A stretch of 64,000 nt of DNA, from positions 7,688,001 through 7,752,000 of the forward strand of contig CM035350.1 in the NCBI GenBank assembly GCA_020137815.1, in the 5' to 3' direction. The DNA is from Hormiphora californensis. Taxonomy: Eukaryota; Animalia; Ctenophora. The position numbers were made by a program, and so were the translations under genes. The notes below the pieces were generated by a model. It was not told the DNA's origin. It saw only the letters and a list, made by a program, of their open reading frames with translations, and did not search any database. How positions within the stretch are numbered: the first letter of the stretch is position 1; each line of letters starts with the position of its first letter. Shown piece after piece: positions 29,186-47,350 of the stretch.

Positions 29186-29664
29186 TAGGGTGTCGACATG
29201 AGATGTGTGCAACTTGCAATGAAATAATGGATCGACAATGGGAAAAATATTTTGTAGTGTCCATTTGGCCAAGGAAAATAATTCGTGCGGGGGATGCTTC
29301 CTTTATAGCTTAGTTATAATCAGCAATATATATCTCTCATGCATAACAATACCTTAGTTCAGTACAGTTCAACTTAATCAATCAGTTGACCAATCAAGAC
29401 TGAGTTACAAACTGTATTTGCCCTTGTGCTGTGTTGTACTGTTGTGTGGACACTGTCAGTGACTGTCCAGTGTCCACTGTGGAGTGTTTTAACTTGTAAT
29501 GTTTTCCAGTCACTGGACACACCTTTTACTTGTGAGGAACAATGGGAGCTAGAGTGTGTATAATTTCACCTGGTGTCTCTCAATCAGCATCATTGAAGTT
29601 TGTTAACTAGGAGTTTGGAGAGATAGGAGAGTCTAAAAGTAGCGTAAGAACGAAGAGAGAGAGT

Positions 29665-30195
29665 GGGGGGGGGAAGGGGGAGTTTAGGCGTTGGGGCCCG
29701 GGGGGGAAGAGGAAAAAGGGAAAGGGGAAAAGGGGGGAAAAAAAACCCCCCCCCCCCCCCCCCTTTTTCCCCCCCGGGGGGGGGGCCCCAAAAATTCCCC
29801 CCCCCTTTTTTCCCCAAAAGCAAAAACCCCCCAAAAAAAACCCCCCCCCCCCTTTTTTTTTCCCCCCCCCCCCCAAAAAAAGGGGGGGGCCCCCCCCCCC
29901 CAAAAAAAAACCCCCCTTTCCCCCCTTAACCAAAAAACCCCCAAACCCGGCCCCAAAAAAAGGAAAAAAATTTTTAAAACCCCTTTTTCCCTTTTTTTTT
30001 AAAAAGGGGCCCCTTCCCCCCCCGGGCCCCCCCCCCTTTTTTTGGTTTTTCCCCCCCCCTTTTTTAAAAAAAAAAAAATTTTTTTTAAATTTTTCCCCCC
30101 CAACCCATTTTTGGGGGGGGGGGGGGGGCCCCCCCCAAAAACCCCCAAAAAAAAAAAAAACCCCCCCCAAACCCCCCCCCCCAAAAAAGGGGGGG

Positions 30196-30232
<37 letters not shown>

Positions 30233-31235
30233 GAGAAAAAAAAAAAAGGGGGGGGAAAAAAAAGAAAAAGGGGGAAAAAAAGGGGGGGAAAAAAGGGGGG
30301 GAAAAAAAAAAAAAATTCCGGTTTTTTTTAATTTCCCCCCAAAAAAGGGGTTTTTCCCCCCCCCCTTTTTTTTTTGGGGGGGGGGGGGGGGGGGAAAATT
30401 TGGGGGGGTTGGGCGGGGGGCCCCCCCCCGGGGGGGGGGGAAAAAGGGCCGGGGGGGAAAAAAAAAAAAAAACCCCCCCCCCCCCCCCCCCCCCCCCCCC
30501 AAAAAAATTTTTTTTCCCCCCCCCTTTTCCCCCCCCCTTTTTCCCCCCTTTCCTCCCCCTCTCTTTTTTTTCCCCCCTTCCCCCCCCCCCCCCCTTTTCT
30601 TCTTTTTTTTTCCCCCCCCCCCCCCTTTTTTTTTTTTTTTTTTAAAATTAAAGTTTTTAAAAAAATTTTTAAAAAAAAGGGGGGGAAAAATTTTTGCCCA
30701 AAAAAAGGGGGGTAAAAAGAAAAAAAAAAGGGGGGGGAAAAAAAAAGGGGGGGGAAAAAAAAAAGGGGGAAAAGGGAAAAAAGGGGGGGAAAAAAAAAAA
30801 AAAAATTTTTTTTTTCCCCCCCCCCCCTTTTTTTTTTTCCCCCCCCCAAAAAATTTCCGCCCCCCCCTTTTTTCCGCAAAAACTTTAAAAGGGGGAAAAA
30901 ATTTTTCCCAGGGGGGTTTTTTTAAAAATTGTGGAATAAACGGGGTTTTTTGGAAAGGGGCCCAGGCCCTTTCGGGGGGAAAAAGTCCCGGGTTTCCCCC
31001 CGTTTTTCATTTTCCCCTCTCACCCCCCCCCCCCCCCCCCCCCCCCCCAACAAAACCCCCCCCCCCACCCCCCCCCCCCCCTTTTTTTTTTTTCCCCCCC
31101 CCCTTTTTCCCCCCCCTTTTCCTTCTTCCCCCTTTTTTCCTTTTTTTTATCTCTCCCCCTTTTCCTCTCCCCCCCTCTCTCTCCCTCTCTCTTCCACTTT
31201 TTTTTGGCCCGAAAAAATTTTTTAAATTTAAAATT
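29665..31235. other. Homopolymer-run low-quality sequence, probable assembly/read artefact
   Basis: Almost entirely alternating A/C/G/T runs with no periodic unit; the ORFs there are K/G/P/F noise. Confidence 0.85.
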
Positions 31236-33899
31236 TAGTTTCGCCTGACTTGTTTTGTTCCAAAGGGGGGAAAGGGAAAAGAATTGCCCAGAAAAGAAAG
31301 TTTAAAAAAAGTTTAAAACAGTGTGAGGGGAGAAGACATAGGAGGGGAGAGACAAGAAAATAGAGAAAGGTTTACAACGTTCACCATAAAATAGAGCTTT
31401 GATGTTACGCCTGATTCCGTGCCTGTTTTCGCCCAACAAATATCGTTCACACCTTGCCGGACAGTCGTCCTATCCTGCAGAACACTGGACATTCACACAC
31501 ATGGTGCACAGCATTGGTATTCACATGTTGGATAATATCACACTGAGCCACATCACTTGATTCACACATCACACTCACATAATATCTAACATCACACTCT
31601 CGCAGTGGAGAGTATGTAGGTATCACACACATTCAAACACTGATCACACCCTCATTTATAATATTCACACACACACCTACAGTCACACACCCACACACTC
31701 ACACTCGTGTTACCTGGTCATACATATCCTTGAATTCTCTCTAAAATAAATATATCACCGTTATAATGATTACTTCTGGGTCATGGAGGGAGAATTAGTT
31801 CAGCATGGGACATTGGAATTCAGTGGATTAAGAATGAATAATTTATACACTAACAATTGACATTACTCTCAATCGTTTAAAATGAAGCCAATATTGATCT
31901 AAAATTGCTTGTTAGTTGATAATGACCAATTTGCGTCCCTATTTTAATAACAATTACCACTAAGGTACACTTCGTATAGATGGTAAATTTCAGAATTCTA
32001 ATTAGGACCACCCTCTATCTGTCATGTCATTACAAAACTGACTTCAAGCCGCTGTTGTGGAATTACAAACAGTCAAAAAGAGGTTTGAGTTAGAGATGTT
32101 GCTGGTTGCTGCACATACACATATTACACATACCTAACAACCAAAAAATACCTATTTTATGCGTATAATAGTGCATATGTCATGTAGGAAATAGCAATAT
32201 AGCGCCATATGCATTATGCAGTCAGATTTGAGAGGGAGAGAGGGTAGAGAGAGATCTCTAGACTGCAGGTACGGTTAGAGAAAGAGAGGGATAGAGATGA
32301 AAGAGAGAGAGAGAGAGAGAGACAGAATCTTAATATTAGGAAGATAGAGAGATCTTGTCAGCTTGTAAAAAAGAGAGAATCGTGACGTGTTGATGATTTT
32401 CAAGTCTTTTTAGACTTCTTGTCTACTTGTCATGAGAAGAAGCTATTTAAGTTTTAAATTAGTGTACTGATCTTTACTTTCTCTCACTCTTTTTCTCTCC
32501 CTCTCTCACTCTCTCTCTCTCTCTCTCTCTCGCCGTGATCAGTATGAGTAAGGAATCTCGGGAGTGTGACAGGCGTGTTAGACCCGCTGACTATAACGAT
32601 AGTCTATAGCACAAATGCAAAACTGTCGCTCTATATCTCATATGAAGTGATAAAATAGAGAAAGAGAGATAGATAGAGATAGATAGAGAGAGAAAGAGAG
32701 AGAGAAAGATATAAAGACAGAAAGATAGACTCGTAATGAATCTCTTTGGTGCCATGTATTGGTTAGAACCTGATCATCCATGACATATGTAGTAGCACAT
32801 GCTTCACCAACACAACTAGTTTCCACTAGATAATGCCGAACAGTATACATGGTGCTGCACTTATACCAAGATGATATTACTATTCATCGTCTTTCAGAAG
32901 TCTAGTTTCTCTCTATATCACTCTCAGTGATATATCTCTGTCTTCCTTTCTCTCTCTCTATTTCTCATATTATACTGTTTATAATTTATAATTGATTGTT
33001 TCCGCTGTAACACCGCTCCGCAAGCCAGGCCAGACAATTCCAACTAATTAATACCTAAACCCCTCATTATCTCGGTTCTCCGTTTTAATAGGAAATCACC
33101 ACAGCGTAATTATTACACACATTTACCACAGACACAAACATTGAAAACACGAGTTTTAATTGCGAAAAAATTCCCTAAAATAAAATCACTATATATCAGA
33201 ATATAACAGAGAAGTATATAGAATTAGAGGATGAGAGAGAGAGAGAGAGTGAAGATGCTGTATCCAACGATTATACCTGCTAAATTTACAAAACTAAAGA
33301 ATTTAATTAGAATTAAGAGTTTCGTGGGGGGCTACACATGTGATATGCCTTGTTTAGTTAGTGCGTCTCTGCTTTCGACGTATTCTGGTTTTCCTTACTT
33401 GGTTTCTGGAAATTAGAATGAAGTTTACCACTGTTGATTCTCCATCCTTTACTACTATGTTCCTGAGGGGGGAACATGCGATAAAACAATTGTCAATATT
33501 TCCCACATACATACTTGATATTCATGGTTTTATAAATAACACGGAAATAAATACAGTGTGACGTCAAGACGTAGTATTACTATTATATTCCTTAATATCA
33601 TTTGGGTTTTCCTATGGGAACTTCCATGAATAGAATATGGGAGGGTAGCTGGGGTAAACAGAGAGAAAGAGAGAGAGAGAGAGAAAGGGATAGAGAGGAG
33701 AGAGAAAAGAAGGGAGGGGTAGACACAGTTTAGTAGATACAGAAATAAATAACAGAATGAAGAAAAACATTTCGATTAGGTTTGTTAGCAACATTTAGCT
33801 TTATTATGACTAGGAGTGACTCATCATGACGTGTGTTATATGCTAGAGTCGCTACTTCTATTATACTGGCAGTATTCCAGTGTGATATATAATACAGAT

Positions 33900-38535
<4,636 letters not shown>

Positions 38536-39393
38536 ACCAGGGTGTGCCTGAGGAGTTTATGGTTGATTAATTCGTTGTTAGTTAAACAAGTGAATTTCAT
38601 TCAATGGACAATTTTCGGATTGCGTGTCGTCCGTCGATTACCTTTGCAGGCTGGACTTGATTTATCACTCACACGAGCAGCCAGAAACACAGATATTGGA
38701 ACTTGACTGAGATCTAGACGAACAGACCGGGCATGGGAGCTGGGAATAAAAGCCTGTGAACTTGTTGGCAGTTCTAAAAAATCTTACTGCGAACGTTGCG
38801 AGTTTTAAAATTTGAAAAAGACAACAAAGTCAACTCGGCGGCGCGGCGGCATTTTAATGTAGCGCGCGAAAGTCTGATGTCTCCATTGCATTGCATTTTG
38901 GAGAATTTCGATTTTTTTGAAATCTTGTTTTTTTGAAATCTTGTTTTTTCTCAAATCTCTTAAAGTCGGATTTTTTGAAACTGTCTCTATCTTATCAGGA
39001 ACCGGAGATATGACAAATTTGTTATTTCAGGGGGGTGACAGTTTCAAAAAATCCGACTTTATTGTTTTTTCTCAAATCTTGTTTTTTTTAATATCCTGCC
39101 TTAATCCTTATCCGGCGCAGCGTCTGCCAATATCATCTCACTTGTTTGAGTCTGTTTTTAGAGTGCGTTAGCGTGAGGATTTTTCTATCATAATAGTGAA
39201 CCATAATAAAAATACGAGAGAGCGTTCAAAGCTAAGAAGAAATCGGACTACAGAGATGCGTGGATAGCCCTGAAAAACTTCACCGATGAAACTTCTAGGT
39301 TTATTACGAAAACCAGAGTATCCTACTACCGTGAAAAACTGAAACTGGTTGCTGATGATCCAGCAGCGGTAAGCGGTATCATAAACAAGCTTC

Positions 39394-40114
39394 GGTAAGT
39401 CGGAAGAACGTGTCCGTTTGTCTCATGAGGCCTCATGAGGCGCCTCATGAGACCTCATGAGGCACTCATGAGGCGCCTCATGAGGCCTCATGAGACATTT
39501 TCAGCTGTTTTAGTGCCTCATGAGGCCTCATGAGACATCATGAGGCGCCTCATGAGGCACTCATGAGGCCTCATGAGGCCTCATGAGACACTGCTCATGA
39601 GGCCTCATGAGACATGTGCCTCATCCCGACTTTGTTTTGATGTCTCATGAGGCCTCATGAGTAGTTTTGACATGAGGCATGTCTCATGAGGCCTCATGAG
39701 GCATATCTCATGAGGCCTCATGAGGCATATCTCATGATACCTTAAGTTAGTATAGCTATAGGATTAGGGTTAGGGTTAGGGTTAGGGTTAGAGTTAGGAC
39801 CGGGTTTCGATTCCAGTTAGGAGTACGAACCTAACCACTAAGCCCTAACCACTAAGCCTAGGGGTTAACCCCAACCAATAGGCGTAGGCCTAGAAGTCTA
39901 TCCTAGGGGGTTAACCCCTAGGCCTAGTGGTTAGGCTCGTACCCCTAACTGGAACCGAAACCCGGTGCTAACTCTAACCCTAGCCTTAACCCTATGGCTA
40001 TACTAACTCTAAGGTGTCATGAGATATGCCTCATGAGGCCTCATGAGACATGCCTCATGTCAAAACTACTCATGAGGCCTCATGAGACAAACGGACACGT
40101 TCTTCCGACTTACC
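39394..40114. mobile_element. 721-bp TIR element with CTCATGAG palindromic repeats and TTAGGG tracts
   Basis: TIR GGTAAGTCGGAAGAACGTGTCCGTTTGTCTCATGAGG...; 8-bp TSD CAAGCTTC (39386-39393, 40115-40122). Confidence 0.9.
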
Positions 40115-40227
40115 CAAGCTTCTTGGTAAAGACAAGATCCCTCAGGAACTACCAAGTGGATGGTCGGATGAAGAAGCAGCGAACAAATTTAGTGCTTACT
40201 TTAAATCAAAGATCGAAAACATCTATG

Positions 40228-40512
40228 CAGGGGCGAAGCAAGGCTGGGTCCAATGGGTCCAGGACCCACTTTTTGGACGAAAGAAGAGAAGAAAATGGGA
40301 AAACTTGCCAAAAAGTGAAAAAATCGTCAAAAAAAGTGAAAAAATGAGCCGATTTTCAATTTAAAAAACGAATGCGCGCGAGAAAAAGCTAATGTGGCAG
40401 CGCTATTGACCAATGTGGTCCAAACCACCCTTCGCGCGTTACATTTAAATGCATTTTCTGCAGCGCTGGACCCAAAAAATTTTTCGTGAATGAACGCCGC
40501 GCACCGCCCCTG
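40228..40512. mobile_element. 285-bp hAT-type MITE
   Basis: TIR CAGGGGCG...CGCCCCTG; 8-bp TSD CATCTATG (40220-40227, 40513-40520). Confidence 0.85.
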
Positions 40513-40555
40513 CATCTATGAGATGATTAAAGTCGAGAAAGCACTTAATGGATGT

Positions 40556-41555
40556 GGAGGATTTGCGACAAGCACAAGGAGAGTTACGCTGAAACCATGT
40601 CCTTCATCCGAGAAAAGACACGATTCAGTTTGTTAAGATCAACTCTTGTTGCACTTCGGGGAACCAAGAGAAGGGTTGTCCCAGTCAGTGTGGAAGATGT
40701 AGACCTACCTATGACCTACTGTCTCTATTCTGCACCATTCCTTCCTATATTCCTTCCTACATCCCTTCCTACTTTCTACACCATTCCTTCCTACATCTAC
40801 CTGAGACTTAGTAGAGGGACCACCCATGACTGAGTCAATGAGTTAATATTTTCAAGTGTGTATTTGTGTAAATTGTTAACATTTTCTGGCCTCTGAGTTG
40901 TTTAGCAGAGTTTGAGTAGCTGAGGTTCCAGATTGGCTGAGTTTTATGCCGAAGAATGAAGAAAGAAGACCCATACATACCGTTTTTCTCAATACGTTTT
41001 TCTCGATAAAAAACTTGTCAAGGACTCTTCAGTGAGTGTGTGTTTGAAGGACAGCTAATTTATAATTTATTACCGAATCTGTGTATATGTGTTTGTGATT
41101 GTTTGTTTGTCTGTGAATGTGCTTGTAAGTTTGTTATCATGTTTTTGCATTAACCGTTTTGTATTGACTGTTGATGTTGTGTTTAATCTGTTTTTAATCT
41201 GTTTTTATGTCTGTCTGCTTGTTTTGTTTGTTCATCACCTTGTTTCAGTTTTCTATTTTCCATTGTTCCTCGTTTTTGTGCATCCAATGCTACTAGGATA
41301 TGTTTCACTGTCTCTAAGTATTGTTTAAACCGCTTTAGGAAACCGCTGATGTGAACTGTATATTTTCACCTCTCAGCCTTGTATCACTTTTATTGGTGTA
41401 TGGTGTAAGAGCGGGACGAAGTTATATATTAATGTGTGTGACTTTGTGATAAATTGTGCATAAACTTAAACTTAAACTTAAACTTTCGAGACAAGTGAGC
41501 AGAGAGAGGGAGTATGAGAGTATGACGGTGTGTGGGTAATTTATTATAATTTATT
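40556..41555 (+). mobile_element. 5'-truncated non-LTR retroelement (RLE/CRE-like C-terminus), itself interrupted at ~40706-41482
   Basis: Peptide ESYAETMSFIREKTRFSLLRSTLVALRG; 12-bp TSD CTTAATGGATGT (40544-40555, 41556-41567). The uninterrupted copy at 25840-26016 defines the inner insertion. Confidence 0.7.
40706..41482 (+). mobile_element. Non-coding insertion ending in a (TAAACT)n tail, probably a retroposon 3' end
   Basis: Splits gaagatgtagac|tttcgaga, which is contiguous at 25910-25928; tandem TAAACT tail at 41461-41484. Confidence 0.55.
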
Positions 41556-44345
41556 CTTAATGGATGTGTTCCCGAGGAAACCACCTTTAAAGGAAATTCC
41601 TTCTCCTCTTTCAAGAAAGTGAGTGATGAGGATCTCACTGCCATTATTACGTCGATGAGCAAGAAGCACTGTGATCTTGATCCGATCCCTACTCGAACTC
41701 TGGTTGGACTCTTACCGCAACTGTTACCTATTATATCTGACATTGTCAATGGAAGCCTTCAAGAGGGAAGATTCCCTGAAATGCTGAAACAATCCCTGGT
41801 TAGGCCATCTTTCAAGAAAAAGGACAGTCCCGAGGATATGAAGAATTACCGTCCTGTTTCTAATTTATCATTCATCTCGAAGATCATCGAGAAATGTGCG
41901 GCGGCCCAATTAACTGAGCATCTGGAGGAGAATAATTTGTTTCCAGGAGTGCAATCAGCTTACAGAACACATCACAGCACTGAGACCACTCTTGTGAAGG
42001 TGGTCAACGATCTCCTACTCATCACTGACGAGAAATCCAAGGCAATCCTAGTACTTTTAGACTTGAGCGCTGCTTTCGATACCATCAATCACAAGATACT
42101 ACTGGGGAAGCTGAAAAGGAACTATGGTGTGACCGGGACTGCTCTCTCCTGGTTTGAGTCCTACCTGACGGACAGAAAGGCCTCGGTGAAAGTTGGAAAC
42201 TCGACCTCATCGCCAGTGGCTATAACCATCGGTGTTCCTCAAGGATCCATCTTAGGGCCCCTGTTGTTCGTTCTCTATACCAAAGAACTTGAGAGTATCG
42301 CTAAGCACTATGGTTTACTAGTAGAGCTGTATGCTGACGATACGCAGCTCTATGTTTCATTTACCAACAACAAACTGGTTGACTTGGAAAAGACACTTCA
42401 GGAATGTCTCAACCATATCAAGGTGTGGATGGCAGACAACTTTCTTCGACTAAATCCTTCGAAAACTGAATTCATCGTTCTTAGAAACAAACACGACAAA
42501 GAAGCGAATCCAGAAGCTATAAAAGCACTAGACGACCAAGATCCATCTGTTCCAGCCCCACTAGTGCGAAACCTTGGTGTTTTCCTTGATTCGGAGCTTT
42601 CACTAACTGGAAACGTTTCAAAAACGGTAAGAGCATGCAATCTGTGTCTCCTGAATCTTTGGAAGATAGGGAATACACTAACTATCGATCTCAAAGTGAA
42701 GCTAGTCAACACCCTTGTACATAGTAGGCTTGATTACTGCAATAGTCTACTTGCTGGAGCATCTGCCAAAGACCTCGGGAGGTTACAAAAGGTTCAAAAC
42801 GCTGCCACAAGATTCATCACAGGACGCCGATCTCTTCATAGCACATCAGACATTCGAAGACAGCTTCATTTTCTACCGGTTAAGGAAAGAATTAACTACA
42901 AGCTATGCTTATTGACCTACAAAGCCCTAAACGGTCTAGCACCGACGTATCTTTCTGAACGGGTACAACGTCGGAAGCACAAGCTGAAGAATCTCCGGCG
43001 TGATATGGACATAACATATCTTGAAAGGAAATACACCCGTTATTGCTCGAGCAAAGGAGCCTTTAGTGTCGCTGCACCAGCAGTGTGGAACGACCTGCCG
43101 AAACTTCTACGTGAAAATACATCTGTCCTATCCTTTAAAGCCAACCTAAAGACTCACTTCTTCAAAAAAGCCTACAAATGTTGAAGGACCCATTTCCGGT
43201 ATTAAACATGATGGACAATTGTGACAGAGTGATGTGTATGAGTATATGTAACGTGTGTAGCGTGAACTAAGTGAAGCTGGAATGGTCAGTATTTACTTTT
43301 TCCTCTCTTTCCTCTATCCTCTAAACTGACCCTTACTGCTAATGATTGGTTTGTTTATTTCGTAACATTTGATATCAAAAGGGGAAAAAAAAAGAAAAAA
43401 AAAAAAAAAAAAAAAAAAGGACAACAACAAAAAAGCGAGAAAAACGTGTGAATATAAAAAACATCCCAAAAAAAAAAAAAAAAAAAAGTTGTTCTAAAAA
43501 AGAAAAAGAAAAAGAGAGCTTGCGAGAAAATAGAATGATATGTGAGGACTTGTAAGTGTTAAAGCAGTCGGCAAGTGGCTTCTACTACTCCAAATTGGTC
43601 AGCTGAATTACTGGAAATTGGAAATGCTACATGATACATCTTCTTTGAGTATTCTATGTGCAACTAAGCACACAGGTTTCAGTATAGGTATCCTAGTATC
43701 AGTATCCCCGATAGGGGCGGTCTTCAATTTGCTTCTTTTGGATCTTTTAGATCCTTGATTATCATGTGCACTACTGCATTTTCTGCAGTGATAGGATCTC
43801 CTAAATTATTTTCTCAATCTTCCAAATATATTAACAAAACATCTTTCAGAACATAAGAAAAATCATAATCTTGTAGTAAAACTAGCCGCTTTTGGAGCGA
43901 GGGCTGTTGGGGATGAAAGAGGATGGAATGATGAATTTTTCTTCTTCCAACAGCAGAACTTGTGCTGAACCGTAAAACGGACAGTTAAAGAGCGGACTAT
44001 AAATGTTTATTTTGTATTGTATTGTATTGTATTGTAAAGTTCAAGAGCGCACCACATCCAAGAGCGCTCCACATCCTAGAGCGCACCCCATCCAAAAGAT
44101 ACCTAATCCAAGAGCGCACCACATCCAGAAGAGAGCTCCCATCCTGTTCTGATTCGCTAAGTCGTTTATCGCATGTAACAACTCACAATATGATCAATGA
44201 TCACTTCGCTAATGACTAATCGCTTTGCCTTCCTTCGCCTCTAGGCCTAGAGGCGAAGGAAGCTAGCTGTCCTTTCTTGTGTCTCCTGACAGCCTTGTTT
44301 ACAAGCCACTGGAGATGTTAATTTCCATTTAGATGATTCCATTGG

Positions 44346-47089
44346 ATGATGATATGCAGAAAGACGCTAATTAGAATCTTCACGAGAAGAATTCACTATG
44401 TAACAGCACCAAAGGTAACTGAAACAATTCATGCTTTATCATTCACATGATTTGAGCGCCTAATTTGTAATAATTCAATAAAATTTATTTTTATATAACC
44501 TATTTTTTTGTTATTTACCCTCTTTGCACTTTGTAGATCCCAGAGAATGCATATCTCGAGGACACCCTTCTGCCGAGGCTTGTAACAGAAGTATATAAAC
44601 AAAGAGGGGAGTGTGACAAAGATGTACAGGGAGATCTCAGTAGATTTGGTGGGAGATACAGGGAGCTAAACTCACTCGCTCTACAATGCGAGGCAAATCC
44701 TCCAAAACTACAACGGTGAGTGTTGCAATACTCACCAATATATTGGTCGCTATCTGCCCCTTTTTAGTGCATGAACCAAACATGAACCAAACATTAACCT
44801 CGGTTGAGTATTGTGGTATTCATGATATATCCTGTTTAAGTTACACAGGATAGATTTTATAACAGTTTATTACACTGTAATTATACAACTTTTATTCAAG
44901 GTTGGACGGATGGGGAGGCAGGGTGGATGATATCACAACGTGTACAGAGTGGAAGATCCTTCACGGCATCGCAAGCAAGGAAGGGATAGTGGCCATCGGA
45001 CATGAAGATAAGGTATAGCTACCAATAATAACAAGGTTTTTATTGTAGTAAATGTTTGTCAACATTAACATTTCATCTCAGGCTCTACGGGAGGTTTGGC
45101 AAAGTGTGAAACTAATTCTGTTTGGTGGCGTTAGTGGTATGGTATCCTGTCCTCTTGCTATGACAGACGGTGCAGCTACTACTCTAACCTCTCTTCTCAA
45201 TACCTCCTCCATATCCTCTGAGCAGTGGAGGGAGACTCTCACCACCACTCTCACCCACCTTACCAGCCGAGATCCGAGTCAATTTTGGACATCTGGACAG
45301 TGGATGACTGAGAGGTCGGGTGGATCAGATGTTACCCGGGCAACGGAGACTACAGCACACCTGGGAGAGGACGGTGTGTATCGGTTATATGGGAACAAGT
45401 TTTATACATCTGCCATTGATTGTAGAGTGTCCCTGGCCCTGGCAAGGAATGAAGAGAACCTGTCACTGTTTCTTGTTAACCTTCCCAAGGGTAAGATGTT
45501 AGCAAATAACTCTATAACCCGGGTTTAAATTTCAATATTTAGAATTTTATTTTGCACACACTATAACAATTGTATTTTAATCGTCATTTCACTATTTCAG
45601 TGTTTGATGGAACGATTGAAGTTGAGAAATTGAAGAACAAGATGGGAACAAGACAACTTCCTACAGCTGAACTCTCTTTAAAGGGACTTCCTGGAATTTT
45701 ATTGGCTGAGAAGGGAATATCCAACATTATACCAATGCTTCAGGTACATTCAGCTTGATATTAGTAATTGTATCTTTGTATCATCCATGGTTATTGGTTG
45801 GTTAGTTAAAGTGACTCCCTATTACCCACCACTAGACTATTCCTCCCTCCCAAAACCCTCAGGTGACTCGTCTGTACAATGCTCTAACCGCAGCGTCCTA
45901 TCTTCGTCATATAACTATTCTGGCAAGGGATTTCGCTACGAAAAGATCTGCCTTTGGACATACCATCTCCTCTTTGTCCCTCCATAGAACAAGTCTGGCA
46001 CGGCTAGAAGCCTTCTCGAGAGCTCTTACTCTTCAAAGTGTAGATTTAGCACTGGTCCTCAATAGTGAGGTGAGTTGTTGTCACTACAAACATACGAACC
46101 TTACTCATATTCCTCGATATTATTATATGCAGATGATTGCAAATTCCCCTTCATCCCCCCATGATAGTATTATCCACTACAATTTCAGGAGACGCCATCT
46201 CTATCCCGGTCGGTGTCCCGTGTTTTATCTGCAGTGGTCAAGGTACACACGGCCCAGGTGGCTGTCACATCTGTCAGGGAGGGACTGGAATGTTTTGGTG
46301 GGGCCGGGTACATGGAGGTACGTGCCTCACTCTCAGTCTTGTTGTTTTACACTCTGTTTCTCTTCGACTACAACCAATTTTAAACTCAGTTCCCCTCTCT
46401 TCCACTTGTAATTTATCCCTCTCCCCCAATATTATTACCCCCCCCCCCCCCCCCAGGATACCGGACTGCCTGGTATATTCAGGGACACATGTGTTCTCCC
46501 CGTCTGGGAGGGTACACCTGACGTCCTATCGGCTGAAACTGCCCGGGCTCTGTCACGGGGTAATGCCAGGACAGACATACTCCGATATCTTCGAGAACTA
46601 GCAACTGGGTGGTGCGGAATGGGTGGTTATCAGCCCCGCGAAGATGTAAAGCTATGTCCACAAATCGAGGTAATATTATTAGCTAATTCAGGGCCGCCTT
46701 TTCCTTGATTCCGAAACCAACTCCCCCACTTTATATTGTCCAAATTAAAAGATGCTCTATTAGTTTACTTTTCACCATAATCATAACCATAACTACCAAC
46801 ATAAACATAAATGTTAAAGATTAACAACCTTCCATTATTTCAGCCGGCCCTGACAGAATTCAACATCTACCTAAACCAACTGGAACTCGCAATGGAGCAA
46901 TCTGAACAACATCTGGGAAGGAACATGACCCTGGCCCTGGGGTCAGCCCACGCAGCTGCTGTCCTGATCAACTTCGCTAACACCACGTGTAATCCTTCTG
47001 ACGTGGCAGCTGCACGTGCATGGTGTGAACTTGGACTTGTGCCCATTTCCAGACTCGATGTTAATGATGTTAATGTTTTGTTAGGATGA
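44346..47089 (+). CDS. AidB-like acyl-CoA dehydrogenase, multi-exon, with a possible mitochondrial presequence
   Basis: NAYLEDTLL, SCPLAMTDGAA, FWTSGQWMTERSGGSDV, LYGNKFYTSA, KLKNKMGTRQLPTAEL, TRLYNA and ECFGGAGYME, joined by GT-AG introns. Confidence 0.85.
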
Positions 47090-47350
47090 TAAAAAGGGAT
47101 AAATTGAGAGTATGAACTGCTTTGTACAAATACAATGAGTGTGTTTTGTATGTGTTTTGATTTGTTGGGGATTTGCCCTACTTGTTACAGTTTGTGAGTT
47201 TATCTTGTCGAAGCAACAGGAAAAGTAAACAGACGTCACTTAATGAGGAGGTGTATGCGGTCAACGCATAGCAAAACATAAAATCAAAATGTAGCACAGT
47301 TCACTATCGAGATTTCCATTTCTCAAGTCTGCAGGAAACCATTAGAAAAC

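Larger units (their letters stand above)
39209..43520 (+). mobile_element. 5'-truncated L2/Crack-like LINE, ORF2 interrupted by nested insertions; RT segment 41568-43184; A-rich 3' end
   Basis: RT motifs CDLDPIPT, NYRPVSNL, QSAYR, LDLSAAFDT, GVPQGSILGP, YADD, LDYCNSLL. Upstream pieces (39209-39393, 40123-40227, 40521-40555) rejoin in one frame when the insertions are removed. Confidence 0.9.

Noticed and set aside
29665-31235. Long K/G/P/F-rich ORFs and apparent G4-rich region
   Set aside because: Pure homopolymer noise typical of a failed read incorporated into the assembly; no biological structure can be supported.
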